64,000 bases of DNA. Origin: Schmidtea polychroa. Lineage: Eukaryota. Position numbers and translations under genes: made by a program. Below are positions 44,270-56,829 of this stretch, one piece after another. The stretch spans positions 238,702,001-238,766,000 of the forward strand of contig CM097885.1 in NCBI GenBank assembly GCA_044892525.1, read 5' to 3'. Below the pieces are notes generated by a model. The model did not search any database and was not told the origin of the DNA. It saw only the letters and a list, made by a program, of their open reading frames with translations. Position 1 is the stretch's first letter. Every line of letters begins with the position of its first letter.

Positions 44270-44550
44270 TAAGGAACCATCCATAAAGTACTTCACGTTA
44301 TTTTTAACCATTTTGAACCCCCTCCCTTATATCACAAATCTCCGCCCCCTTCCCCTATTAAACACTTTCAAAGAATTTTTTTATATTTAACACCCAATTA
44401 AAATTCACTATATATATATATATATATATAATTTCATTACTAACTAAAAAAATTAGAAATGAAATTAATGTTTGACGTCACGCACGGCCCCCTCCTCCAC
44501 CTGTCACAAACCGTTACATTTTCTTACATCCCCTGAAGCGTGACGGCCTT
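44270..44550. mobile_element. MITE of the GGRRCCATCCATAAAGTACGTCAC type (PIF/Harbinger-like); related fragments at 5803-5878 and 36455-36560
   Basis: TAAGGAACCATCCATAAAGTACTTCACG...CCCCCTCCC...TGTCACAAA...GCGTGACG. The other two fragments show the reverse-complement motifs. Confidence 0.55.
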
Positions 44551-44899
44551 CATGTTTCATCTATCGGAACTCCAAATTCATAGAACATCAATTATTTATA
44601 ATTTGGGCTAATGACCGAGCATTGAAATGGGGACCAATAAAAATCATGAGTATTTCGTCATTATATTTGCTATTACTTTTTATAGTTTCAGTGAACATTT
44701 CAGACTTAAAAATTTTATTTCAATGACTTGTAGATGAATGGAATTTGTCTATGAAAAAGGTACTCTGGTTAACCGAATATATTTCTATAGGAGTTTCATT
44801 TCCCCATGTTTAACCATCGAATGAAATTTTAAAAATGTGTTCAGCAAATCACAATGAGCTCTATAATATTCATGGGTTATTATTTAGCAAATCGGATAG

Positions 44900-45565
44900 T
44901 TTTTGAGTCCTCGTGTCCTTTTACAATAAAATAACTAAAGGCCAACACAGAACAACTTTATTCAATCTTTATCACAATTACAAGTAGTCACTCGATTTGT
45001 AGCTTTCCGGTTAGGTAAGTTAGAATGTTTCTTAGATTTACTTAAATTATTTGCTCTTTGATTTCGCAAATTCACACTAATTTTGTTTCTTCGACCAACT
45101 AACAACTCGTCTCCGGCTTTTCCTTTTACACTTTATTAAAAAGCATTATCAATATTTCATTAATTCATCCATTTCGTATTAATTATCGGCTTTTACTCAA
45201 CTGTTATTTTAATCTTCTGGGAGGGATTATTTGTTATCCTACTAATTTCCTTCCTACACTAACGCTTGGTCGAATTCACTTTCTAATTAGTCGGGTCTTA
45301 GTGCGCTCCGGGTTTTCCTCGTCGTTCGGGCTTCTCATTAGCTCTGGACTTTCCATTAGCGATTAATTAATTTGTTATTTTGTTATAACTTTTTCTATGA
45401 ACTACTCACTAAATTTTTATTGTTTCTGGATTTGTCTTATTATTCCGCGTTCATCTATACCCATTTATCCGATTGATTTTAATTTTTACATTTTATTAAT
45501 CTTTAATTAATTTTTGCACTTGTTAATTTGGTGTTTTTATTGATTTTTATTCTTCTACCTCAACA
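44900..45565 (-). mobile_element. LTR remnant related to the 27817/48687 family
   Basis: Ends in CCTCAACA and shares TTCTTCGACCAACT, CGGGTTTTCC/CATTAGCTC and TTGGTGTTTTTATTGATTTT. Confidence 0.65.
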
Positions 45566-45719
45566 AAATTTCAAAAAAGTTGGAAATGTGAAATATGTTA
45601 TAACGAGTCTTATTTTTATTGTAACAGAGACCTTACACAATGAGATAATAACTACCTGACTAAAATACTCTATTAGTTATATGATGTCTCTTGTCTTTTT
45701 AAACTATATTAAGTTCACT

Positions 45720-45900
45720 TTGTAAGTATGTTTGTATGAGTTACGCAAATCTTACGACGTCGAATTTACCAACTTCCCGTGAACGGATCGCGCTGAAATT
45801 TGGCATATAGATTCGTGGCCGAGGACAATACTTTCTTTCAAAATTTCAGATCAATCAAGTACTATAATTAACTTTTTTGAAAATTTTCAATTTCATTGTT
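45720..45900 (+). mobile_element. Helentron/DINE-like interspersed repeat fragment
   Basis: GTATGTTTGTATG followed by AAC.GATCG.GCTGAAATTTGGCA, a motif common in this class. Confidence 0.35.
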
Positions 45901-47490
45901 TTCAAAATATTTATAAAATGTTCCTTTCAAAGTAATTTCTTAACTAGGTGATTTTGCGTAATATTAAATATTTTTGGAGAAGTGGATAATCCTAATGTGA
46001 TGATACTTTATCGAAATGTTATAAATTTAATGTACTGAATACCTATCTTCGTTATTTTTGTCGTATGTATCGTAACCTGTACTCAATATTAATTAATTGG
46101 TGTATTAATTTTATAAGCTTCATCTTGATAACAGATTCCTACAAGTTCTAATTATTTAATCTAAAAGACTTTATTCACATACATTAAAAATCTTAGGTGT
46201 TTGTTGATATTAAATCAATATTCAATGATCTCATTTGATATTCCTTCATTTGATTGGATTTTAAAGGATCTTTTGGGGTTATTGGACTAAGAATATTTTA
46301 ACTGTTCCGTCGAAAATACCTATTGTCAATCGGTAAGCTCGTTAAGCACCACAATATTCCTAAGCATGTTTCCTGTGGAGCTAATAAGTAGATGTACGAA
46401 TCTCGTCGTGCTGGATTTGTAATCGATATTAGATCCTGACATTTTATATGACGTAATTCTTTCCTAACATACCTTCAAACTACTCGTGTTCTTCCCCGAG
46501 ACAGACTTAAGCTTTTCTAATTTGTACAAATTTGGTGTAAATTAACTAAACCTTGGCCATAACTCTTGCAACACTCGTGACATTGTAGTCCTGATGAAGT
46601 TAGGAAGTCATTGTGAGGCAGACCTACTTGAATCAACTCCGCCTGACTACCATGTCGGGTCGCCTGAATCGCCGCTAGGTCATTAGACGGCAAGCTCGTC
46701 CACGCTTGCTCATCCCGGATTCCGAACCACAATTCATTTTACCATTTTATACGCATCTCGGTGGACCTTCTATAAGGCCAGTATGTGATAGGGCTCGAAA
46801 CACTATACTATCACTCCACTGAACTCCACTTGATCGGTCCACATATACACCAGTTTTTAGAATCATCACGGCAACTTTCAGAACACAGAAGAACTCATCG
46901 GTTAGTCATTTTCCTTGCTCCAGCTGGCTTCCCATCAGGTTTGATGTAAGTTTTGGACTGTCTCAAAACAATGTGCATTTGAAATATAAATAATATCATA
47001 ATAACAAGGTTTCTTCATGAAGATTTATTTTACATAAAAATAATGAACTATGAACAGTAACCAATAAAAAAACTAAAAAGTATATCCTTGCCGTTGAATA
47101 GTTGAAAGTTTGCAAAATGAAAGTACGTATATTCAATAAAATAAATATTCTGTCTTCTCTGCCTAAATGGGATCCTTAAATATTAATTTGTGTGTTCAGT
47201 CTGACCAATCAGATGAGGGCACACCTCATTAGGTATTTTGATTACGGATTTATTAGTTATTTCTATTCTTATTGAAAAATTACTTATTGGGATTCATTTT
47301 ATTTAATTTTTAATTGGTTTTATATTATTCTTTTCAATTATTTAACATCTCCTTTTCCCGATTGGACTTGCTGTCGTCAATCTGTTTAGTCGGGTGTTTT
47401 CTAGTTGTCATCTTTCTATTTTGGTTAATTCTGTGTCTTTCTTATATTGGCTTTTGTACTGTTGATATAATATGTTTAATTTACAAATGC

Positions 47491-47722
47491 TCGTGGTTTA
47501 TTTATTTAATATATTTTGTTTTATTGTCTGCTGAAATGTGCTTGTTTACTTTTGTTTTAATATCTTTTTGGCTTTTTGTGCTGTATATGAAATGTAATTA
47601 TATATATATATATAATTACATTTCATATACAGCACAAAAAGCCAAAAAGATATTAAAACAAAAGTAAACAAGCACATTTCAGCAGACAATAAAACAAAAT
47701 ATATTAAATAAATAAACCACGA
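47491..47722. repeat. Perfect 232 bp palindrome centred on (TA)n
   Basis: Arms are exact reverse complements; the same peptide appears in the plus and minus ORFs 47314-47667 and 47546-47737. Confidence 0.95.
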
Positions 47723-47879
47723 TATATATATAACCATTACGAAACCAAAATCTGGACAAATGAAAAATGAATTTATAGTCTACTAAATGCATGATTTTTG
47801 GAGATGCTAACAACTAATCATGTTCGCCGAGTCACACAGATCTTACGTGATAAACTTCATCATTCACTTATATATCATT

Positions 47880-48635
47880 AACAGCAGTAACAGAAGAACT
47901 TCGACGTCAACGCGTCTGTAACTTTTGGAAGATACACTATGACTAAGGAAGTGCATTCACTGTGCAGCATTTTGTCTCTGATGGTATCGCACGATCCATT
48001 ATCTATGACATCCTCCCCAACTTCCAGGATAGAAATGAGGATAAACAGAGAGCTGGTAGTGGTGGCAGCAACAAAATCCTGACCAAATCCCAGAGTGCAG
48101 CAATTGGCCGATTGATACAGAAACGGAAGGGTGTTCTTCCGCTAAGATGTTAAGAAATATGGAGTCAGTGAAATTACCATGCGGCGTTCTGTGAAGGCCG
48201 GACTTAAATATTTCAGAACAATCCGAGCTCCCCAGTATTCCAGTGTACAAGAAAACGTGGTGAAACTGAGGGCAGAAAAGTTACTCAGACTTTTGTGTAA
48301 CAAAATTATCTTAATGGATTATGAGTCCTATTTTAAAATGAAATGTAATTACATTTCCAGGAATGAAAAATTTTATCCTCCTGATATTTCCTCTTCACCA
48401 GATGACATCAAATTTCGTACTTTACAAAAATCATCTGTTCAACTGATGGTCTGGATATGCATCAGTAAAAAATGGGGCGAGTGATCCTGTTTACCGATTT
48501 CGTCCAAACTGTGTTAACACTGAGTTTTACCAGGAGCAATGCATTCGTGCCAAATTACTTCCATTCATTAGCCAGTTCTATAGTGCAGACAATATCATGT
48601 TTCGCCTGATTTGGCATCTGCGCATTACACAAAAA
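47880..48635 (+). pseudogene. Tc1/mariner (maT/DD37D-like) transposase remnant
   Basis: GIARSIIYDIL..RAGSGG, ILMDYESYF, LMVWICIS, VNTEFYQEQCI..LLPFI and DLASAHYTK, with frameshifts. Confidence 0.8.
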
Positions 48636-48686
48636 AATCCTCCATAGTCCACTTTTCCATATGAAAGATCCTAAAAGTTTTAATAA

Positions 48687-49568
48687 TGTTGGGGTTCAAT
48701 AGGAGAGGCACAAAAATGAGGTGAAAATCGATAAAAACACCAAATTCAAAATAAAATTTAAAGTACAAAATATTAATTAAAAATCAAAAAAATTTTGAAA
48801 ATGAATAATTTCCGGGGGAAACTAGTATGGGCGGATGCTAAATAATTAGACGTATTCAACTATAATAAAATAAAATCAATGGGGGTCCCTAAAAGGAATA
48901 AATTACAAAAAACCAAAATTAATTAAAAATTAATTAACTAATGGAGAACCCGAGCTAATGGGAAACCCGAGCTAATGGATAACCCAAGCTATGGGAAACC
49001 CGAGACAATGGAAAACCCGAGCGATTTGAGAAAACCTGAATTAGCAATCCAATTTTGGGAAAGCAATTAAATTAGCTGAATAAAATAAAAGTGACGCGAG
49101 CCGTCAAAGAAAAAGGGGCAATTTCCGTAAATTGAATTAGAGCTACAAGAGAAAGCCCGCGGGGAAGCTAGACCCAAACTAATTTGCAAAAATAAAGTCA
49201 ATTACCAAGTGGGTATAAAAGCAACAGGCAAGAAAACAAAACTGCCAGTTGGTCGAAGAAAAGAAAATAGAAGTTTGGTGAGAGCGAAAAAGGAAACATT
49301 AAAGTTAGTAGAAAATAAATAATTTAAAAATCGAACGTACCAGAAAGGGACATCTCCCGTTGGAAGATCTATCCCTGCGTGAGATTTGTTGGCAAATTGA
49401 AAAGTGCAGACAAAACCTGATTGTATGAAGTGTGACTAAACTATTAAAAAGTGTAAAAAGTGTAACTGCATCAGTGTTAATAAAGATTTTGTGTTGGGTC
49501 GTTTATTTATTTTAAAAAGAACACAAAGGAGTCAGATCGTAGTACCGACTTACATTGAAAACTCAACA
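48687..49568 (+). mobile_element. Solo LTR (882 bp), Gypsy-like
   Basis: TGTTG...CAACA ends, 4 bp TSD ATAA on both sides, internal AACCCGAGCTAATGG tandem repeats, AATAAA at ~49479. Confidence 0.9.
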
Positions 49569-50099
49569 ATAAGAAATTTTTTGAAATTTTAAAAATATTT
49601 TTATCCATAAATATGTTAAAAGGAAGATTGAAATTTGTTTAAATAACAAACAAATAGAAAATATATAATCTTTGAGTGCATAATTTCTAAAATAACATTT
49701 ATGGAGTTATTTAGCAATTTACCAACCAATGATAATGTTTCATTAACGATTACGGATAATCTGCACAAGTAGCCCCTATCAGTTATTTGACATTTACATT
49801 TGTTGCATATACTTTGTTACACATGTTAACATGCTATTTCATGGATAAATGTCTTACTCACCTTTTCCAGGGGTTTTGTTAATATGTTTCTAAATTTATC
49901 CAGATTTTGATGTCGCACCATTTATAAATATATATTAGGTTGAAGCAGGTACGAATTTGGCGGAAAAGTTTGCCTATCTAACGCCGACTATACTTCTAGA
50001 TTCGGACGACACTGAGTGTAATCTAGACTACTCATTTGCTTAAATTGACGAACAGGACTACACGTCCATACGAGTTTGACTAGTGGCTTTCATAGCTGT

Positions 50100-50395
50100 C
50101 ACAGACAACGAAAATAAAAAAAATTAATGTGGACACACTTGAATTATTACAATTTATTATGAAATCTAAGCGACTGGATACTCTGCCAAATATTATAATA
50201 ATGCTCCGAATATCCTTAGCAATTGTCTTAAGCAATATTAGCTGTGAGAGAATTTTTTTCAAAATTGAAGTTCATCAAAAATCATTTAGGATTAACAATA
50301 AGTGCTTGGAGGTTAACCAATCTAGCTATCTTTTCTATTGAGCAAGAACTATGTGATGCTATAGACGTTGATAATGCAATAAAAGACGATTAAAG
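50100..50395 (+). pseudogene. hAT transposase C-terminal dimerisation domain remnant
   Basis: LPNIIIMLRISLAIVLSNISCERIF / KLKFIKNHL..TI...RLTNLAIFSIEQE. Confidence 0.8.
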
Positions 50396-51284
50396 TTTTA
50401 GTTTAAGACTAAAGTTACATTTTTAGTGGTCAAAGGTTAACCAGTGACCGGTGTAAACACACAGAGCACGGTTTATAACACTTAAAATTCAAATAATCTT
50501 TTTATGAATTTGGCCCTTTACCTAAAAAAGTGTCTCATCATTATGCTAACATATACATATTTAATGTGACATTCTATCCAACTGATTTCGGCAGTACATT
50601 TCCATCTCTTTCAATGAAATTTGACTTGAGGGCGATTTAAAACAAATTTTAGTAGTACCTTGCGTAACAGTATTTTAACCATTTGAAGTGCTTGGTAGTA
50701 ATGTTGTCTGTCTTTGGCAGCAGAATGTAGGAGACATTTGCGAATATTCAATTTTGGGATACTCATTCTAAAATTCATAAATATAGATGTAAAATAAATA
50801 TTGAGTAATAAAAATAACGAATGAAAAATTGTCCTTTCCAAACATCAGGCTTTTTGTTTTTATTTTGAAGCTTTTGCACCGATTGCATTTCCTGGCATCT
50901 GACAGTCAAGTTCAAAGTCAGAATCCTATTGGAAAATATTCAATTATTTTATTGGGGCAAAGGAAAATATTAAGAAAAAATATCATAAACCCTCCACATT
51001 TTTATAGCTTTTAAAATCACACGAAATTTATTAAATACATTTTATATTCTATTTTTGTAAATAAATACGTTTCTTTATCCATAAATATATTTTTGAAATG
51101 TCTTTTTCTATACTTTCTGATCTGATAAACTGCTTTCGGTTCATAGAAATCTGGCCGCCTTATTGCATGATAAATTACTAAATATATTTATTTTACTGAT
51201 TATAGTAAGTAATAAATTAAGCTGAGAAAATTTAGAAAAAGAACCTTAAAATATCAATTAATTGTGGCATGCGTTATATTTATA

Positions 51285-51605
51285 ATAATATTTAATGATA
51301 AATATTTATAATAATTATAATAATTATTATAATTATAATAATTAATAAATATTTATTATTGATAAATATTTATAATAACTGATTCACAGTCAAGCTTTTT
51401 AATAAATACAATTAATGATAAATATTTATAATAATTAATACAAATAATAAATTATAAATATTTATAATAATTTATAATAATAAAAATAATTAATAATAAC
51501 TATTTATAATAATTAATAAAAATAATTAATGATAAATATTTATAATAATTAATAAAAATAATTAATGATAAATATTTATAATAATTAATAAAAATAATTA
51601 TTATT
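51285..51605. repeat. AT-rich minisatellite (~36 bp, ATAATTAATAAAAATAATTAATGATAAATATTTATA)
   Basis: Read directly. Confidence 0.8.
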
Positions 51606-52969
51606 AGATTCAAAAGATTGTAATAGAATTGACGTTGAAAAAGTCAACAAAATAGGAGTCCATAAATTGTCAGAAGAAAGCCGAAATTCTTCCCAGTAAC
51701 AATTATGCTACTGACAAGGGAAATGAATATAATTCCAAACCTTCAGGAATTGTTGTTGTTGCTGCCATCAATGATTCACTATTTATTTTTGAATATAAAT
51801 AATATTTTAATAATTTCTAGCGAATTGAAGGGCCGGGAAATTAATCAAGGTGTAGGAAAATTTTCTTCTAATCTTCTCGAGACGAAAATGTTTAAAGGTA
51901 ACGATGATAAAATCAGTGGATCAAGGAAAAAGAAAACGAAATTTCAAGAATTTTTTTTCCAGGAAATAATTTTCGGCATTTACGTAATTATTATTGAAAC
52001 TTTCGTTTTTATGGTGACATTTGAAATTTACTATTGCTTTTATGATTACATGGTAATATTGTGAATGTCTTGTTTTCGTACTGCTGGGTAGACGGTGGTA
52101 CCACCTTTTTATCCCTCTCTGTTGTACCCCATAATATTCGTTGACCACTAACTACCTGTTTCAAACGATTTTGGTTCCGTATACTAGCGGGTTGCTGTCG
52201 GCAAAAATTGAGTCCTATTTCCAAGACTGGTAATGTTCTGACATGTGTGTGGGTCCATGGGCTTACCGTAGAAGGTATCGCGTCCAAATCTCTGTCTGTC
52301 ACTTAGACTGATCTATATCCTGGAAACTCGTGATTTATTTATCGACAATTAACCCTGTAATGCCTTCATCTCACTCACATGATCAAAGTTTCACATCAAG
52401 AAAACTCGACTATCACTAAATCTATTCGACAATTATTTAAAGGAAACAAAATCACAGTTTAGTCAGAGTTGGCCACATTAGTTCTATTTGTTCTAAAAAC
52501 ATCTTCGTCTGTTTTATCATTCGCACATTCTTTGAATGCTTAATTCATTTTTTTCCAGGACGGGATGTTTCTAGTGGATTCCGTCCGGTTGCTGGGGGCA
52601 CTATAAGTTCATTTTTATTTTATTTCATTTGTTAGGTTCAATGGGTATGTCTTCGAACTAACACAAAATCGTTTTATCTGACTCCAAGTAAATAATTTAT
52701 GCGTGTAGGCAGTGGTGATATTCGAATTTTTTAACAACCGGTACGCATGGAAAAAAATCTATTGTAGGTTATATTTACTTCATAATAGTTATTTATTTAC
52801 ATATTTACATAAGAAATACATATATTATATATAATAGTATAAAAAATAGTATATAAGTAGATGGATTGGGCACCGCTGGCACAGGGCACCGCTAGCACAG
52901 TACCCCCCTCCCCCTCCCCCCGTCGAAAAGATTTTCAAAAATATTCTAAGTCTAAAAGTACATTTTTTT

Positions 52970-53617
52970 TCAAGGTCAAATTTAAACAAAGACATATGAC
53001 TCATCAAGGTCATTGAAACAAAGACCATGAGTCATCCTATGACTCATCAAATTTCTCAAGGTCATTTAAACAAAGACCATGACTCATCCTATGACTCATC
53101 AAGGTCATTTTCAAGGCCATATGACTCATAACATGACTAATAAAGGCCAAAAATTTTTTCAAGGTCATTTAAACAAAGTCCATGACTCATCAAGGTCATT
53201 TTCAAGGTCGGATGACTCATACTATGATTCATCAAGGTCATTTTCAAGGTCATATGACTCATCCGATGAGTCATAAAAATTTTCAAGGTCATTTAAACAA
53301 AGACCATGACTCATTCAAGGTCATTTTCGAGGTCATATGACTCATTCAAGGTCATTTTCAAGGTCATATGACTCATTCATGGTCATTCTCAAGGTCATAT
53401 GACTCATTCATGGTCATTCTCAAGGTCATATGACTCATTCAAGGTCATTCTCAAGGTCATATGACTCATACTATGACTCATCAAAAATTTTCAAGGTCAT
53501 TTTCAAGGTCATCTGAGTCATCCTATGACTCATCAAGGTCATTTTCAAGGTCGCATGACTCATCCAATGTCATTCTCAAGGTCATATGAGTCATCGCGAT
53601 GAGTCATCAAGGTCATA
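52970..53617. repeat. Tandem array of ATGACTCAT and TCAAGGTCA motifs
   Basis: About 20 or more copies of each motif, alternating. Confidence 0.95.
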
Positions 53618-53794
53618 TTATTATTTTTAAAAATATTATTATTTTTATTATTATTTTTAAAAAATATTATTATTTTTAATTTTTTCAAAGTTCCCGTCAA
53701 CGAAAATTAATAATCGATATCTCATTTTAAAGCTCAATCCAAGGCCTTTCGAATGAGCCATATATCTTGTTATTAAGATTATTATTTCTAAAGA

Positions 53795-53894
<100 letters not shown>

Positions 53895-54794
53895 CTATAT
53901 ACACCGAGTCTATATACTCCGAGTCTATCCGACAAAATATTTTGTCCCCCTATGGGTAATGCTCACAAGGGTACTGGTCACGCTCAACAAATCAACAAAT
54001 CAGCAAATCAACAAAACATACATTTATTTAAACAATAAAATAATGTAAAATTAACAAAGGTAAACTAAATATTGATGTACTACTATTCGCAGCAATATTG
54101 TTTGAAAACAAACGGCAATACAAAAGTACTCATCGATGACTCATTTATTTTTTGAAGAAAGACAATGACGCACCCATGGGATATATTATTTATTACTATC
54201 AATAGTATTAATATTATTATTATTAATATTATTATTATTATTATTATTATTATCATCAAGTTTTAATTACCAAGGTAATTTAAACAAAGACCATGACTCA
54301 GTCGCTGAATCATCAAGGTCGTTCTATTTTTAGTAACAAAGACATCTATTTTAAGTAACATTTTGAATATATTTTTAGTAACATTTTTGATCCGATCATT
54401 GATCCGATGACTCGCCAAGGTCATTCTATTTTTAGTAACAAAGACATCTATTTTTGTTCCAGCGGTTTATTTTTGTTTTAATTATCGAATAGTTAATAAT
54501 TTAATTTTGTTTAAATTGTTAATTATATAATAATATTTTTATTTTTTGTTTTAATTATCGAATACGTAATAATTTAATTTTGTTTAAATCGTTGATTATG
54601 TAATAATAACATGTTTTGTTTTAATTATCGATTACTCAATAATTTAATTTTGTTTAAATCGTTGATTATGAAATATTTTTGGATTTAATTGTCGATTACG
54701 TAATAATTTAATTTATCATTATTATTGGGAAAGATATTACCGCTCGCGCGGAAAATGTTATTTTCAAAATTAGTATTTTCGAAGTTTTAATCAA

Positions 54795-54853
<59 letters not shown>

Positions 54854-54994
54854 GTATTAATCTATATAGTCCGAGTTTATCCGACAAAATATTGTGTCCC
54901 CCTATGTGTATTTGTAGAAAGGGTACTGGTCACATTCAACATGTCGCAAGGGTATTAATATTATTATTATTATTATTATAACATTAATATAACT

Positions 54995-55260
54995 TCATTA
55001 TTTTCAAGGTCATATTATTATTTTTCAAAATATTATTATTTTCAAGGTCATATTATTATTTTTCAAAATATTATTATATTTTTCAAGGTCATATTATTAT
55101 TTTTCAAAATATTATTATATTTTTCAAGATCATATTATTATTTTTCAAAATATTATTATTTTCAAGGTCATATTATTATTTTCAAGGTTATATTATTATT
55201 TTCAAGGTCATATTATTATTTTTCAAAATATTATTATTTCAAGGTCATATTATTATTTTA
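54995..55260. repeat. TCAAGGTCATATTATTATTTT minisatellite (mirror copy at 62350-62725)
   Basis: Read directly; the right arm has more units. Confidence 0.9.
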
Positions 55261-55742
55261 TTTTAGTTTTGTTTAAATCATTGATTATATGATAATATTT
55301 TTATTTTGGTTTTAATTATCGATTACTTAATAATTTTTTATTTTTTTTTAATTATCGATTACTTAATAATTTAATATTGTTTAAATCGTTAATTATATAA
55401 TAATATTTTTTTGTTTTAATTATCAATTATGTAATAATTTAATTTTGTTTAAATTGTTGATTGTATGATAATATTTTTATTTTTGTTTTAATTATCGATT
55501 ACTTAATACCTTAATTTTGTTTAAATCGTTGATTATGCAATAATAATTTTTGTTTAAATTATCAATTATGTAATAATTTAATTTTGTTTAAATCGTTGAT
55601 TATATTATTTTTTTTGGTTTAATTATCGATTACGCAATAATTTAATTTATCATTATTATTGGGAAAGATATTAATGCCCGCGCGGAAGATGTTATTTTCA
55701 AAATTATTATTTTCAAAGTTTTAATCAATATTATTATTATTA

Positions 55743-55808
<66 letters not shown>

Positions 55809-55821
55809 TTATTATTATCAA

Positions 55822-55897
<76 letters not shown>

Positions 55898-55919
55898 TCC
55901 AAAGTTATTTTGAAAGTTA

Positions 55920-56829
55920 AATTATCACAAATTTGATAAAAAATCTTATTCTAAAATGGTAAGCAGCGTAAAATCGAAAGATAATTTTAATAACACAGAG
56001 ATAAAAATTAACAATATTATTCTCAGGTGGTAAGAATATTTTATTTTTGAGTCTGTTATCACTCTATTATCATTGCTTACTTGGTGTTTTCATATATTTA
56101 AGTAAAGTTAATGCTAGGTATGTGTTCTGACACACTTTGTTTCCTTCTTAACTTTGAGAGATCATGTTGTTTGAAAAGAGTAATGTATCTTAAATTATCT
56201 TTTAGAATATTTGTTTTTGAAATATTTAATGTAAAATAGTAAATATAATAATTATTAATTCAATATTAAAGGAGTTAATCAAAATTTAAAATATGAATTT
56301 ATCATAATTGCTCATTCAAATACCAATTGTTATGTATGTTTTCTTTTGTGGATTAAATACTTTATCAAAATAAATTTTTATCACATTATTAAAATATTTT
56401 AATTCGTTAGTAACTCATATATTAGAAATAATTTTATATATCCTCATCACTTATAGCCCCAAGATTTTCCACTAATCCTCTCAACAAATATTTCTTTGAA
56501 AATTTTATTAAATATTTTTTATAAAAGTGATCATTTTTATAAATTTTTATGAATTTCATGAAATAATTTTAAATAAATTCAATTAATATATTTCAATCTT
56601 ATACATGCCACTTCTCGCTATATTTACATTTACTTTCCATTAATGAATAATTTGAACACTTATTTTCACTTTTTTGAATTTCATTATTAATTAATCATAG
56701 AATAATGATGATTCTTACCACCTGAGAATAATATTGTTAATTTTTATCTCTGTGTTATTAAAATTATCTTTCGATTTTACGCTGCTTACCATGTTAGAAT
56801 AAGATTTTTTATCAAATTTGTGATAATTT
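55920..56829. repeat. Internal ~118 bp inverted repeat (55920-56037 and 56712-56829)
   Basis: AATTATCACAAATTTGATAAAAAATC...CTCAGGTGGTAAGAAT is present on both strands with about 1 mismatch. Confidence 0.9.

Noticed and set aside
46778..46812. Hammerhead-like GCTCGAAAC with AGTAT/ATACT flanks
   Set aside because: The CTGANGA box and the 5' half of stem II are missing.
52009..52600. 97 aa minus ORF with VLEIGLNFC, and an upstream TCTAGTGGATT..GGTTGC motif shared with ~41865
   Set aside because: Probably a retroelement 5' remnant, but the match is too short to assign and no HDV-like fold could be built.
52970..53617. CRISPR-like repeat array
   Set aside because: Eukaryotic context, no unique spacers and no cas genes; it is a minisatellite.
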